From assembly GCF_006345805.1 (NCBI RefSeq), contig NC_043008.1:74524001-74588000 (forward strand): DNA of 64,000 nucleotides. The letters run 5' to 3'. This stretch comes from Octopus sinensis (lineage: Eukaryota). A program made the position numbers and the translations under genes. This document shows positions 26,254 through 41,175 of the stretch, piece after piece. A model generated the notes under the pieces. The model searched no databases. It saw only the letters and a program-made list of their open reading frames with translations, and was not told where the DNA came from. Position 1 is the first letter of the stretch. Each line of letters begins with the position of its first letter.

Positions 26254-26735
26254 GAATGAGAGAGCAGCGAATGCCATCAAAGTGACACTGGGGTAAAATA
26301 TACGAAGCCCGTATACGCACATGCATAACAACCATATGTGTGTGACATGGCGATTTTATTTCAAGATAAACAATGCATCACCTTGCAGGTGTGGCCCAGT
26401 CAGAATTTTCTTCAGGTCGAGTAGCCCATCCCGCTGAAATGATCCTTGAATAAGGATTGTTTAAGAGTGTTGAACGAACACCGGTGTTTCCAGAGGTGAA
26501 ATATTCAGATCCCAAAGAATTCCTCTTAACACACGGTTATGATGCTCCCCAACTACATATCCACAAAGGGATATGCTCAACTGGTTAAGGTCAAACAACT
26601 GACGAGCAAATCTGTGGTATTGAGCAGAATATTTGCTGTAGCCCATCTTTTACATTAAAACAAAACATGTGCATGATAACATTTCTAATCAGTTAAGATC
26701 AGAAGCCATGAGAACCAGTGCTTTCGGATGGTGGG
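26254..26735 (-). mobile_element. ~500-bp non-coding (TAA)n-tailed dispersed repeat (copies 62712-63250 plus, partial 58145-58400 plus)
   Basis: Clear reverse-complement similarity across the whole length to 62712-63250; ends ctctctca.tcaa(taa)n. Confidence 0.85.
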
Positions 26736-28150
26736 CTCCATACATTGTCAACAACTTTCTAGTTTTTCTGTCAAGTTTCTTTATATCGTTTTGGACCCAG
26801 TTTATAATTTCAACTCCATATCTGATTAAGGGAACTACTCTTGAGTTTTTTTTTTCCGTCAATAAGATTTTTGGAATTCAGGTTTGACTGCAATAATTTT
26901 CTTTCAATGCTTGTGTACTCCCTAGTAGTAATTTGTTTCATTTCTTCATTTTTTATGTCGTCTGTTTACAGTATTCCCAAGTTCTTATACCACTGTCCTT
27001 TTTCAACCTCTCTCATTGTTTGCCCATTTGGTATTTCAGTTCTCTGATCTCTTTAAAATGTTCGTCGTTTCATTTTCAATATAGCGCATTTTTCTATCCC
27101 TAATTCTATACGTACGTCATTTCAGAAAATGCGGATAGTATGTATAAGTCTCTCAAGCTGTTTCTCATTTTTTGCATAAACCTTTACATCATCCATAAAC
27201 AGATGATTTATCTGACCATTTACGTTTCCCAAATCGTAAGCAGTTTTAACTTTTCGTAGCATCATAGTGAGCAGTGCCATGGTCAATACGAATAGTAATG
27301 GAGATAAGCTATCACCTTGGAATATTCCGTGTCTGATGTTCACTTTTAAGAGTTTTTATCTTCCTCCGATTAATTCAGTATTCCAATGTTTCATACTTTC
27401 ATTAAGCATTTTCTCCATGTTTTTTTTTACTATTCCAAAACTGGTCACTGGTTTTCTTATCGAACTGTGTGGTACCATGTCATATACCTTTTTGTACTCT
27501 AGCCTTGCTATATTCAGTCCCGTCAATCTGCGTCTCCAATTATTAATTATCATTTTATAAACTAATAAGTGACCTTTTGTTGCCCTACTTTGTTTCCTGC
27601 ATCCTTTCTGTTCTTCTGAAAATAGATTGTTATTTTCCTGATGGTTGAATAACTCTTTCGCCAAGAGACCGGTCATAAGCTTCCACATTAGTGGTACACA
27701 GGTTATAGGACGAAAATTTGATGCCAGTTTCCCTTTCAAGGGCTGCTTGAGCCATAGAAACATTCGTCCAACATTTGTCACCAAAGCAGGGACGTGACCT
27801 TGCTGCAGGCAGTCATCCAGTTGCGCAGCTATTCTTTCATGCAACTGTATAGAGTTCTTTAGCCAATAGCCTTGTACTCCATCTGGGACTGGTTCTTTCC
27901 AATTTGCTTTTATTTTTCAAACTTTTGTCTCACTGTATATAGATTAATTCTGACGTTTTTGTCTTGGTACAGTTGCAAGTTGTCTTTCCATCTTTGTTAG
28001 CCACTCCGCGCTTTCTTTGTCTCGCCAGCCTGTTACAATGCCTTCCCAAATATTCTTTACTTTCTTCTACATCTGGAATCAGTTCCTGGTGTTGATCTCC
28101 CTCTATTTCCTCAAATAGACGCCTTCTATTTGATTGGAACAGTCTATTAT
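26735..28150 (-). mobile_element. R4/Dong-type RT fragment
   Basis: 'SNFRPITCVPLMWKL', 'EEQKGC', 'YDMVPHS', 'GIFQGDSLSPLLF', 'HLFMDDVKVYA'. Confidence 0.92.
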
Positions 28151-28159
28151 ATTCGAAAC

Positions 28160-29570
28160 CTTGCCACAGGTCAAACTATTGGAGGGTAAAAATTCCTAAC
28201 GACTGGCGACAAGTAACTTTAGATGCCAAGAACCTTCCTAACTATCCTGGCTGTACGTAACAACACTGTTTTCTGGAGCTGCATTAAACTAGGTTTTATA
28301 CCTATCTCCTCTAGACATCAGTTCAAATCTTTAGGAATAGTTCTTAATGCGCCTATAACTACAGGGATACCTGTTACCCGCACTTTATACAGCCTCTGTA
28401 ACTCAATGGCTAGGACCTAGTACGTTGACATTGTAATTTAAACTATCCGGCACTTTCTATTCTTCTTGTCTACTACTACTAAATCTGGCCTTCTGGCTTT
28501 TATTCGTCTGTCAGTCTGAATGTTAAAATCGCACAATATCTTACATTTCTTACTTTCTGGCACTTTACTAGGTTCATGTTCGTGCCATTTATCAGTATGC
28601 TCATATTCTAGCTTGCTATAGAATTCCCAGTGGAGTATTCTCCCTAGGTTGTCATGTCATTTCTTGTGTTCCTTCTGTACCAGCATGCTACATTCATTTA
28701 CTGTATGAGTAACACTTCCCTCTTTTGATTTACATAACCTACATTGGGAAACTGCCTAGTTTTTCTCTATCTTGGCTTTTATCCAATTAGAACTCAAAGC
28801 TTCATCTTTATTGTTTCTAACTAACTTTTTGTCTTCCTCTTCTGCCTTGCTTCTACAAACATAACTATGTCTTACTATTACTATTTCCTGCAACTAACTT
28901 TGGAAATCTACCTTTCAAAGACTACTCTTGCCAGTCAGATAATCTTTCTTCTTTTATCTGGTTTCTGTCTTCATTTAGCTTTTTGGTTTCCCTATCTCCT
29001 GCTGTTCCTCCGGCAGCTCTTAATAAAAAAGAGGCGATATCTACTCGAGCGAACTACATGCAGTTTTCTACTGATGCTAACACACTACCACCTTCTTTTC
29101 TAGGTGAATATAATATTGCTACTTCTGCTCTTGGGTGAAGTCCATTCATATCGAATTCCTTCCTAGTTTTTCTGTATAAATATGCTAATTCATATTCTGT
29201 CCAATCTACAAAAGTTGCTGAATATCTAAGTAATGATATTACCCGAGTATTTACAGCCGTTACTAGATTCGGACAAATTAGCTTTGCTTTCATTAGCTTC
29301 CTCAACCTACTGATGTACCCCTACTCAATTTCGCTTTCATTTCTATAGTTAGTACTCTGCCAGATTCTAATACTCCTACTTATGATTTTCCCCTTCTTTC
29401 AGTGATTTTAATGCCTGGCCATCTGGTAATTGACTATTTGTCTCCCTTTTTTATGACTAACATTGCGAACTAATCTATGACAAATTCCATACATGTATCC
29501 CTAATGAAGTATCTTACAGTTTGTATTAAGGAATATATCTCTTCTTTATTCTTATTAAAAGCTTCAGATC
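28160..29570 (-). mobile_element. Decayed R4/Dong-type 3' half (family F)
   Basis: 'LHPRAEVAILYSPRKEGG'; RLE remnants ('RRPDLVVVDK'); similar to 61250-62600. Confidence 0.85.
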
Positions 29571-29577
29571 ATTATTA

Positions 29578-30310
<733 letters not shown>

Positions 30311-30335
30311 CATTATTGTTATTATCATTATTATA

Positions 30336-30399
<64 letters not shown>

Positions 30400-30789
30400 C
30401 CACCATCATCATCATTTTCATAATAATTTGTCTTTGATAGGACTCTGATATACGTAGACAGTATGACTGAAATTATCATCACCACACACACACACACCGA
30501 AATAATTTAGACAATTGTTTATCTCAGATTCTTCGAATGGAACATGCAGCAACCTACCTGTTCTCAATCTGAAAATATTTTTATCTCTTTCCTTCCTTTT
30601 CTTTATTTTCCATGACAGTCTCCCCGCCTTTCTCCAATGACCGTCTCTTCTTCATCACTGCAGCGGATGGTGCTCAAAGCACTTGCTCGTCACAGAATTG
30701 GATTAAATCACTCGCTCAGCTTCTATGCACCTGACATTCTTGGTAGCTGTTGCTGCTGCTGATACGGTGTTGTTGCTGCTACTGAGACC

Positions 30790-31900
30790 AATTTTAGTCT
30801 CCCACCCATATTTATTGTGTCAATCAGAGTCATTATTAGGGATAAGATACCAAAGTAACTGGTATATCACCAGTGAATATATATTTACATAGATATCTAT
30901 ATTTATTTATTTCTCCAGTTGTTTATTCCACTTTTTTTCTTTCTGAGTGACTAATCGCAACATCAATAAATATTCCATTTGTTTCCTGTATCGGCTGACG
31001 AATTCTATTCCAAACACTCGGCTGCCTGCGAATACTCGCCATCAAAAGAGGCCGAAATACATCTGACATTCTCCCTGGATACTGCTGGAATTAACTATCG
31101 CCTCCCTGTCATATATACTGTGCTTTTAGCACAACAAATCCAGCGCTATCTCAGTAGAAACACCGCAGTAACACACCTATCAACTGTGTGTATGCATTAA
31201 CTACGATACATAGAAACTTTTTTTAACTTAATACTACTGAAATTGCATGTACTGGGGTTTTTTAAAGCTAAGTGGATTCTTGAATAATCAGAGGATATTT
31301 TATGCAGTTTCTTAAATCTGAGGCAACGAATACTTGTCTGAAGATGTAGCAACCGGCAAATACTCGCCATTGAAAAAGACCAAAACGACTGAAATGCATC
31401 TAGCATACATGTTGGCCGCTGCTGCAGCATAAAGTTCTGTCTCCCTCCCATATTTATTGAGTTTTAACATCGTACGTTCCTAAGAGATGTTATCTCAAGA
31501 CAAATATCGCTGTAACTGATCTATCAACAATGCATATGCATTAACTATTATACATACAAGGCTGTTATATATATTATCTACTGCCTCAATTGCATTTACC
31601 AAGTCTTATTCAACCTGACGACTTTTCGCAACATCAGTAAATGTTTTATTCATTGACTTCTAAATCAGAAGCGACGAATTTTCGTCCTAGCATAAGGTTG
31701 GCTGCGAGTACGCGCCATTGAAAAGATCCAAATACTCGTAAAGTCATATGGAGATCATTTTGGCCACTGCTGGGACGAATTTTCATCTCACTCCTATATT
31801 TATTGTGTTTTAACACAACACTTCTACAAAAGATCTCATGTAAGTAACTGACCAATCAGCAGTGTATATTCATTAAGAATGATGCATAGATGACGACACT
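30790..31900. repeat. Highly diverged tandem array, unit ~330-350 bp, 3-4 copies
   Basis: Recurring blocks ctccc.cccatatttattgtg (~30797, 31103, 31441, 31788), gacgaat...gaatactcgccat..aaa (~30997, 31324, 31673) and gtaac....ctatcaac..tgt.tatgcattaact. Confidence 0.75.
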
Positions 31901-33094
31901 ATTTAGGTCTTATTAATGAGAAGAAAGTAGAGACACAAAGTTACTTAACTGTATTTCGAATCTCCGATACTAAATTTGATATCGATACGATATACCTACT
32001 ACGTGCCGGTATTGAATAGTTTTTTAACAAATATAGAACTAATATAATGTCTGTAAAGTGGATCTAGAAAAATATTTAGAAGCAAGGAAATGTTGACTGA
32101 TAACAATAAGACTTTGGGAATAAAAAAAGCAGAAAATTTTCTGTTTATGTTAGGAAATGATACAATACAAACTAGAAACTAATTACACTGACGGTAAAAG
32201 ATTAGGAAACAAGAGAAATCGTTCGAAAACATACAAAAGATAAAATCAAAGTAGATATCCAAAATATTATCAAAGCAAAAAGAAATGGAGAGAAAAACCT
32301 GCAAGACTGGACAGAGGCGAAGTGAATTAATATAAAAGCTAACCATGATACAAAAGCTCTGAACTAAGAGAAAAAAAACGTTGAAGTGATTTTAGCTGCA
32401 TAAAACATAACCATGCAAGCGAAAGTTAATAAAAGAAGTCAACAACAGACGATGCAATCAGCACAAAGAAAGAATCAGCCGCATCATTAGAAGATGGCTA
32501 TTCTTTATAAAGACAGAATCTATCTGGAGAAATGAGCGATTTGGTAGCTATATCCATTGAACAATAGTCGAGACAAAAAATAAGTGGCGTAAGCACGTAC
32601 CAAACCTGAGATATTACAATGACTGGGGTGCGTTACGCTGGGGCATAGCTGTTCAATTCAAACTTATAAATTAAACCAGAAAGATATCGAAGCCTGAAAG
32701 TAAATATATATTTCTGTGTATTTGTGTATGTACCTATGTATGTTTGTATGTATGGATGGATGGATATAGCGACAACAATATATATGTGTATATATATATA
32801 CACACACTCTTACACAAATGTATACACAGACGCACACTCATGCGCGCGCGCACACACACCCACACACGATTCTAAGCAGAACGATGCCTGAAAGATAGAT
32901 CAATAGATATCAAATTATAAAGTCACGAAAAAGAAATAAGTAGAAACGCAAAATCAGCAACAACAATACTGATAATATTGTAGTGGCAAGCTTTGGACGC
33001 CTATTTCGAAGGGAGGGTGAGCAATTTCGACGGGAGGGTAATCTTTGGACGCCAATTTTGACGAGAGGGTGAGCTTTATTCTGTCGATCATGAA

Positions 33095-34395
33095 AAAAAC
33101 AAAATGCAAAGCTGACACTGGAGGGATTTGAACTCAAAAGAAATAATAATAATAATAATAATCCTGATAGGCAGTACTTAACCTTTTTTATCGACCCGGA
33201 AAGGATAAAAATCAAAGTCTACCTCGGCGGAATTTAGACTCAGAACGCAGCGACGGGCGAAATACCGCTAAACATTTCGTCCAGCGTGCTAACAATTCTG
33301 CCAGCTCACCGCCTTACATAATGATGATAATAATAATAATCCTATTAAAAGCACAAGTCTTAAAATTTTATTTTTTTTTGGAGGGGGGGGCGAGACTAGT
33401 CGATTACATCGACTCCAGTATTTCACTGGTACTCCATTTACCGACTCTGAAAGCATGAAAGGCGAATTTGACGTCGGTGGAATTTGAACTCAGAACGTAA
33501 AGACGGACGAAATACCTATTTTTTTATTACCCACAAGGCGCTAAACATAGAGTGGAGAAACAAGGACAAACATAGGTATTAAGTCGATTACATCGACCCC
33601 AGTGCGTAACTGGTACTTAATTTATCGACCCCGAAAGGATGAAAGGCAAAGTCAACCTCGGTGGAATTTGAACTCACAACGTAACGGCAGACGAAATACC
33701 GCAAAGCATTTCGCCCGGCGTGCTAACGATTCTGCCAGGTCGCCGCCTTGATAATAATAAAAGTAATGGTTTCAAATTTTGGCACAAGGCCAGCAATTTC
33801 GGTATGGGAGATTAATCGAATACGTTGACTCCAGCACTCAACTGGTACTTATTTTATCAACCCAGAAAGGATTAAAAGCAAAGTTGACGTCAGCGGAATT
33901 TGAACTCAGACCGTAAAGACTGACGAAATAAAGCTAAGCATTTTGCTCGGCGTACTAACGGTTCTTCTAGATCGCTGCCTAAATAATACTGATAATACTA
34001 ATAATATTTTCTACTATAGGCAGAAGGTCTGAAATTTGAAGGAGAGGCATAGTCGATTTCATCAAACTCAGTGGTGCTTAATTTATCGCCGCCGAAAGGA
34101 TAAAAGGCAAAGTCGACCTCTGCGGAATCTGAACTCAGAACGTAGTAACGGGCGAAATACCTATTTGTTTACTACCCACAAGGGGCTAAACACAGAGAGG
34201 ACAAACAAGGACAGACAAACGGATTAAGTCGATTATATCGAGACCAGTGCGTAATTGGTACTTATTTAATCGACCCCGAAAGAATGAAAGGCAAAGTTGA
34301 CCTCGGCGGAATTTGAACTCAGAACGTAGCGGCAGACGAAATACCGCTAAGCATTTCGCCTGGCGTGCTCACGATTCTGCCAGCTCGTCGCCTTA

Positions 34396-34466
<71 letters not shown>

Positions 34467-34703
34467 TCCTATTATAGGCAGGAGGCCTGAAATTTGGTGG
34501 GAGAGGGATAGTCGTTTACACCGAACCCAGTACTCAACTGGCACTTATTTTATCGACCCCTAAAGCATGAAAGGCAAAGTCGACCCCGGCAACATTTGAA
34601 CTCAGAACATAAAGATGGATGAAACATTGCTAAGCATTTTGCCGGATGTGCTAACAATTCTGCCAGCTCGCCGCCTAAATAGTAATAATAATAAGAAGAA
34701 GAA

Positions 34704-34734
<31 letters not shown>

Positions 34735-35114
34735 AAGAAGAAGAAGAATGGGGGAGGGGGAGGGGAGGAAGAGGAGGGGAGAGGAGGAGAAGAAGAAGAA
34801 GAAGAGAAGAAGAAGAAGAAGAAGAAAAAGAAGAAGAAGAAGAAGAAGAAGAAGAAGAAGAAGAAGAAGAAGAAGAAGAAGAAGAAGAAGAAGAAAAGAA
34901 GAAGATTCATTTCAAATTGTTTCCACAGGGGCAGCTTGGGAGAGGGGATTAAGTCGATTACATCGACCCCAATGTGTGACTGGTATTTATTTAATCGACC
35001 CGAAAGGATGAAAGGCAAAGTCGACACCGCCATCATTTGAACACAGGACGTAAAAACACATGAAATGTTGCTAAGCATTTTGCAAGACGTGCTAACAATT
35101 GTGCCACGTCGCCG

Positions 35115-35117
<3 letters not shown>
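33095..35117 (-). mobile_element. Cluster of roughly nine head-to-tail SINE units ((ATT)n-tailed family) with (TAA)n and (GAA)n spacers
   Basis: Repeated atcgaccccgaaaggatgaaaggcaaagtcgacctcggcggaatttgaactcagaacgta...gaaataccgctaagcatttcg...gctaac.attctgccagctcgccgcc. Confidence 0.92.
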
Positions 35118-35186
<69 letters not shown>

Positions 35187-35194
35187 TGATGATA

Positions 35195-35790
35195 AAGATG
35201 AATCCCAAGTCAGTTTCCTCGTTGATTCGGTATATACTGTAGGTGCTGATATCAGAATGGAGTTCGGACTAAAAAAGTGTGGTGTGTTAGTCTTAAAGAG
35301 AGGCAAAATCAAATGTATAGACGGGCTAGCGATACCGTCGGGGTAGTTATGAAGCATTATAACCATTAGAAACATAGCGTTAGAACATAGCGTTAGAGCA
35401 GAAGAAAACAATATAACATGGTAAAAAAACGCTACAGAGTCGCTATTATTGGATGTAAGAAGGCCAGGCTTGTGTAGGATGAAAGATTGCAAAGATAAAG
35501 CATTGTACAAGCAACTGAAAACAATTGAAACTGAAAATAGGTGGACAAAGAAAAGAAGGCATAAACAATTTCATAGGGTTGTTGAAGATAAGACAGTCAG
35601 AGAAAAAGGATGGCTATGGATGACTAAAAGTGATTTAAAACCGGAAACGGAGGCTCTAATTTGTGCAGCCCAAGAGCAAGCTCTAAGAACAAACTACATA
35701 AAATACAGAATAGACAACACAGCAGAAAGTGATAAGTGCAGAATTTGTGGGCAACATGGTGAAACCGTATGGCATATTACCAATTAATAT
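35195..35790 (+). mobile_element. Internally deleted R4/Dong-type fragment (family C)
   Basis: 'DIRMEFGLKKCG' joined to 'WLWMTKSDLKPETEALICAAQEQ...CRICG..GETVWHI'; follows (TAA)n. Confidence 0.88.
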
Positions 35791-36959
35791 ACGCCACAAC
35801 CCCAGAAACGTTGTGTTAACAACAAACAAGATGAGAACAAATATCCATCAATTGTAAATAATGTAAATAATGTTAAAGTTTTTTGTTGTTATTCACTCTG
35901 AGGTCTCCTACTTTATCGGGTTTGATTTTTATGGTGTGTATAGTTTGAGTTGCTAGGATGTTCTTTATGTGTTGCGATTTGCATGTTTGTGTGATGTCAG
36001 TGTATTAATGTATATATTCCAATAGAGTTTGTTTTTTTTTAATTTGAGTTTGTGAAAGGGAAGTTTACACGGTTCCTTTACTTCTGTTGGTTTGGGATTG
36101 TGGGCATGATGGGATTTGCTAGTATTTGAGCTGTTGGTTTGTCTGTGTTGTCAAAGGAGATAGTGTTGGTGCGTTATTGTTTGACGCTTCTATCCGTTTA
36201 GACCACCCAACTTATTCTGTTGGCATGTTTTTTTCTTTTTTTTAATGTTCGGTACATTTTCAGTGTGCTTTTTTTTCTATGTCAACTTCCCCACGAAATG
36301 TTTTAGTGATCGCAAGCGGGGAAAGGCTCGCTTTAGAAGTCAAAATATTTTTGTTTTGTTGTTATAGAAGTCATAGTCTTGTTGTTGTTGTTGTTAGCAA
36401 CTTTCAATTACTGGTGTTGTTGGTGCTGTGCCGGAAGTGAAAACGGTATTTATTGTTTTTTTTGTTGCTACTATCTCTACCGTTGGTGGTTTTTCTGTTT
36501 ATCTTGCTGTTGCTGCAGCAGGTTTTGGTGTTGCAATTACTGTTGTTGTGTTCGCATGCTATTGTTGGCGCTGTTCCTGTTTTCCTTGGTGCTGTTGCTA
36601 ATCTTGTTACTGTGATGGTGGCAAAATTAGGGATCCTATTTCTTTCTTGTTGAGGGCAGAATGCCTTGAGGTGGTTTGTGTCACCTCATAAGTGCCATAT
36701 CGATTTTCTGCCTTCAACGGCCACATAAAACTGTAAGTAGTCTGGTAGTTCCCTGATGGATGCCATGCTATGGTGGTCGGTTTGTATCAGTAGCTCCATA
36801 CGCTGATAGAACTAACTTCATTTCTGCCATCTCTGAACCTGCAAAATATTCGTTTTAGCTTCTATGTCACAAAAGATACTTGCAACCATAAAGCGGGTGT
36901 TTATTTCTGAAGGCACTTCGACTATTTTTATTTAACAACTCTACGGCCGAGGTAGATGT

Positions 36960-37018
36960 GTATGATAAAAATTAAAATCAAAGGGGTTCATAGGTAAAAA
37001 TGGTTGAGAACCACTAAT
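36960..37018. mobile_element. hAT-like terminal sequence (one end only)
   Basis: ggggttcat...aaaaatggttgagaaccact resembles the CAG(T/G)GGTTCTCAA-type hAT TIR; partner end not located. Confidence 0.45.
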
Positions 37019-37389
37019 GGGCACTATCTCTAAAGAAAGAGCCAGCCAGGGCCGAAGCTCGAACCAGGTTGTTTATGCTTATTCTTCTGTTCTCAGACTT
37101 ATCATAGAGTGATGGGTCAATGCATATTTACATATTCATACAGTTTTGTTTTAAATCTTTCATTGTTTCAATATACATATCCATTTATTCATTCATACGT
37201 GTATAACAGGAAATTTGAAATTTTAGGGTGATTGACCAGATATTTCTGTTAGGTCTAACTATCACGTACAGATCACTTTCATACATACATACATACATAC
37301 ATACATACATACATACATACATACATACATACATACATACATACATACATACATACATACACACATACATATGTGTACTACCTCCATAT

Positions 37390-38000
37390 GCGGCACGATA
37401 TTGTTGCTAAAATAATTTACAATGACATCGCAAAAAGACTGTCCTGAAATAAACTTAGAAAATCACTCTGTTATGGAATACAATCATAAACACCAACTCA
37501 AGGTATACTGCTGGAATATTCCCATTAAAACTTGCGTCAAATGTAAGCATAACAGGCCGTATATTGTTGTTTGGGACCACGAGGGGCAAAGGTATGTACC
37601 GTTATAGAGGTCAGTCGCTCTGCAGATATAAATAGCACTTTGAAAATCAAAGAAAAATAGGATATCTATGGACAACTGCTTCGAAATCTCCAGCTTTTAT
37701 ATCCAGACTATGAATTCATATTCATACCAATAATGATTGGAGTACTAGGTCTTGTTAGTAAATGCTTAAAGGAGAATCTGGATAAACTGGGATTTTCAGA
37801 AAGAGAAACTAATCGGCTGATTCATACATTACAAGTGCAGTCTGTGAGTGGAACAATAAAAATGTGCAAGACTTCTCTCAAGTTGCAAATGTCAATTTGT
37901 CTGTGTTAACTACATCCCAAAGGCTTGTATCGTTGTTGGAAACCGGCTCCCTCCTCAGTGAAAGATTTATAATAATTAAAAAATAGAAGTGACATACATA
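37390..38000 (+). mobile_element. RLE non-LTR (R4-like) 3' fragment flanked by (CATA)n
   Basis: 'WNIPIKT.VKCKHNRPYIVVWD', then 'YEFIFIPIMIGVLG' and 'VSGTIKMCKT', plus 3' UTR. Confidence 0.75.
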
Positions 38001-39864
38001 TGCACATACATAAGACAGTAGGATGTGATATGAGGCAGATTTGAGAGTTATATCTTGCCGATATTGCTGCTTGTGGTGGGCCTTCATTGGTTTATGCAAA
38101 CATAAAAAAGTGGGGCATACTTTGAGGGGGATTAGCCAGCTATTTCTATCAGTGTTGTGGTGTTATTGGTACCGATACTAGTGGTGGTGCTGGTGGTGGT
38201 GCTGGTGGTGGTGGTGGTGGTGGTGGTGATGGCGGCGGCAGTGTTGATAGTGGTGGTGGTGGTGGTGGTGGTGGTGGTGGTATTTAGTCCTGAAGGAGCA
38301 GGCCTATATTAAAGCCATAAGTGTCCCTTCATAGTATATCTATGATTTCATTAGACAACATGGCATTTCTGTTTTATCTCTAATTGAACGAGTCAGCACC
38401 TGGTACGCTATTATTGTTGTACTTGTTGTTGTTACAAATATTGGCGAAGTCAATGTCAGGATGTGTGCGAGAGTGGAAGACTGTCATAAAATAATTATAA
38501 CCCAAGCAGTCTCATGTTTTCTCTAAGACTCGAGATCGGTTATCGTAGTTGACCGCTTGACTTGAAATTTCTTTCTTTCGCCCATTTTCTTGCTTTCCTC
38601 CTTTCTTCCTCTCTCTCTCTCTCTTTCTCTCTCCTCCTCCCTCCCTCTCCCTCTCTTTCTCTCTCTCTGTACACATACACACATAAACACGCACACGCAT
38701 ATACATACATATGCTTCCCACTAATGAGGTCCAGTCGACTGAAATCACATGGTCTGGACGTTCCCGCGCCCTGACAAATGATTCTCGTCCACTGTGATTT
38801 ATGCTTGTGCTTTTGTGCACCATGTGCGTATATGAAAGGCTAATAACGCAGACATCTACGTTAAGTTCGATATAAAGATTGCTTTTGGTACTAATACTGC
38901 TTCCGTCTGTGTATGTGCGCGCACCAGTAATATTACCAGCTGTTGGACTTCTGCATATGTATGTTGTTTTATACCAGTTATATCAAATCTGGGTTGGGTT
39001 ATATTCCTCTATGCTATTGGAAATGTGTGATCTTGAAAACGCCGTGAGCAACATTTCAAACAAGATTCAACATGACCGAAATGAGAGTTTTTAAATTACA
39101 TTTAAAATAAGGTAAGGTCGGTTAGTATAGAAGTATTTACTAGAAGGTGAAAATATAATTATTAATAGAGATTTAGTGTACTTAGGTACAGTTCATGTAA
39201 CAAAATAAAAATTTACTGAAATTTCTTTTACAATCCTGTAAATTTCATTTCTATTTATACAAATTGGTGTCATGGCGGCAGGGGAAAATATATATCGCTT
39301 TATTTTTTTCTTTGTTCTACCTATATAGAGAGTATCTGAAATTCGTAGAAGATTGTATTAGTTTATAAGCTTCTTACACATGTAGCAGAGAATTGTAAAA
39401 GTGTTGAAGTGTATAAGACTTCTGATAAACATCTCTAGGTGTTATTGCAAAACCGAAAGACGATTTTTCTCAGTTTCTTTGCACAAGATGTTTTATTAGA
39501 GCATAAGAGACTCTGCTTGACTAACAATATATCGTGTGTGCATGTGTGAATATGTGTGTGTGAGTAAACGCATCTTTACCTATCGCGTTCTCTCTTGAAC
39601 ACACAGCACACTCACACACGATATATGTGTGTGTATATATACATATATATATATATTATATATATATATATATATACATATATATAGAGAGAGAGAAAGA
39701 AAGAGATACACACACACACATATAGATATATGCATACAACCTATATATAAATATATACATACATATATACATATATACATACATACATACATACATACAT
39801 ACATGTAAATATATATGTGTGTATCCATGTATATTTCTACATATTCTCGGGGAGAGAAAAGGAA

Positions 39865-39895
<31 letters not shown>

Positions 39896-41008
39896 AAGAG
39901 AGAGAGAGAAGAACGTGGTGTAGTTGTATATAGGATGAAAATCGATTTGCCGGTGTAAAGACGACCATTTCCATGACATAGGCTAAACCATGCCTTTCAA
40001 TGACTGTTTTTTTTTTCTTTATGTTCGAGCTGAGTCTATAGAAATATTTCTTTATGGGATATTCTCTACATAAAAGCAGAATGGATTAATACACTTTACA
40101 CACACAGCATACACTCTTGCACACACACTTACTCACTCACTCACTCACACACATACATACACACCAGTACACACAGACATACACGGATACACATACACAC
40201 AAACACAAACATACATATGTAGGCACATATATTCATATAGCAAACGTGTATATACACATATACACACATGTACGTGCATGGACACATACATACTCGCATA
40301 CATATGCGTAAATATACGTTTACATATGTTATATATATATATATATATGCATATACATTTTTTCATGTATGCATATATATATACACACATATATTTGTGT
40401 GCATGTGTGTATACATGCTTATATAATTACACACACTCATACACAATCTGATACACACAAACACATCCATGTGTGACAATGTGCTGTGCGTGTATCATAG
40501 ATATTTCTCGTCTAAACTTTATTGGTTATTGGCGCAAATTTAATAAGATGTATATATTAAATCTTTTATGGTTTGTGTGCTGTAACAGCTCTATATGTGG
40601 TCAACACCAATAGATTCCTGTTAGTTTTTGGTTCTCAAGTCTAATTCACAAACCTTTATAAATCAAACCAACTTGTTTCCACTCTGCTTGACTTTGCTGG
40701 AGTATTTTGACACTTAATTGTGTACTTGGAGAAGTAGTTTACTGTATAACGCAATGGACTGTCACCTCAGTTGTCGTTCAATTGCAACCTACAACAGACT
40801 TTTCGTTATGTTTATGAGGTCAGAACAACTTCACGGGATTCGGTTCAGTCTAGTTCATATCGTATGCTAAATGTTCAAAGTATGAACAAAATATTTGGAA
40901 ATGTTACCTGCATCATGTGAGCCGGTTTCTCATAGGGAGGAATAACCTCATTACTTAACTCCCGACGGCATAAATACCAAGGGTGATAACCAACATTTAA
41001 GATCCCTC

Positions 41009-41175
<167 letters not shown>

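Noticed and set aside
33095-35117. CRISPR-like repeat-spacer array
   Set aside because: Eukaryotic context; units are ~200-bp SINEs with microsatellite spacers; no cas genes.
34602-35510. 302-aa ORF and many other poly-I/Y/L/K/HT ORFs
   Set aside because: Stop-free read-through of microsatellites and SINEs; no coding signal.
35850-36720. I/Jockey-type ORF1 remnant on the minus strand ('SLSPLAITK')
   Set aside because: A single weak motif in low-complexity sequence; other decayed LINE-like traces at ~32340-32700 and 43500-44050 are likewise too degraded to call.
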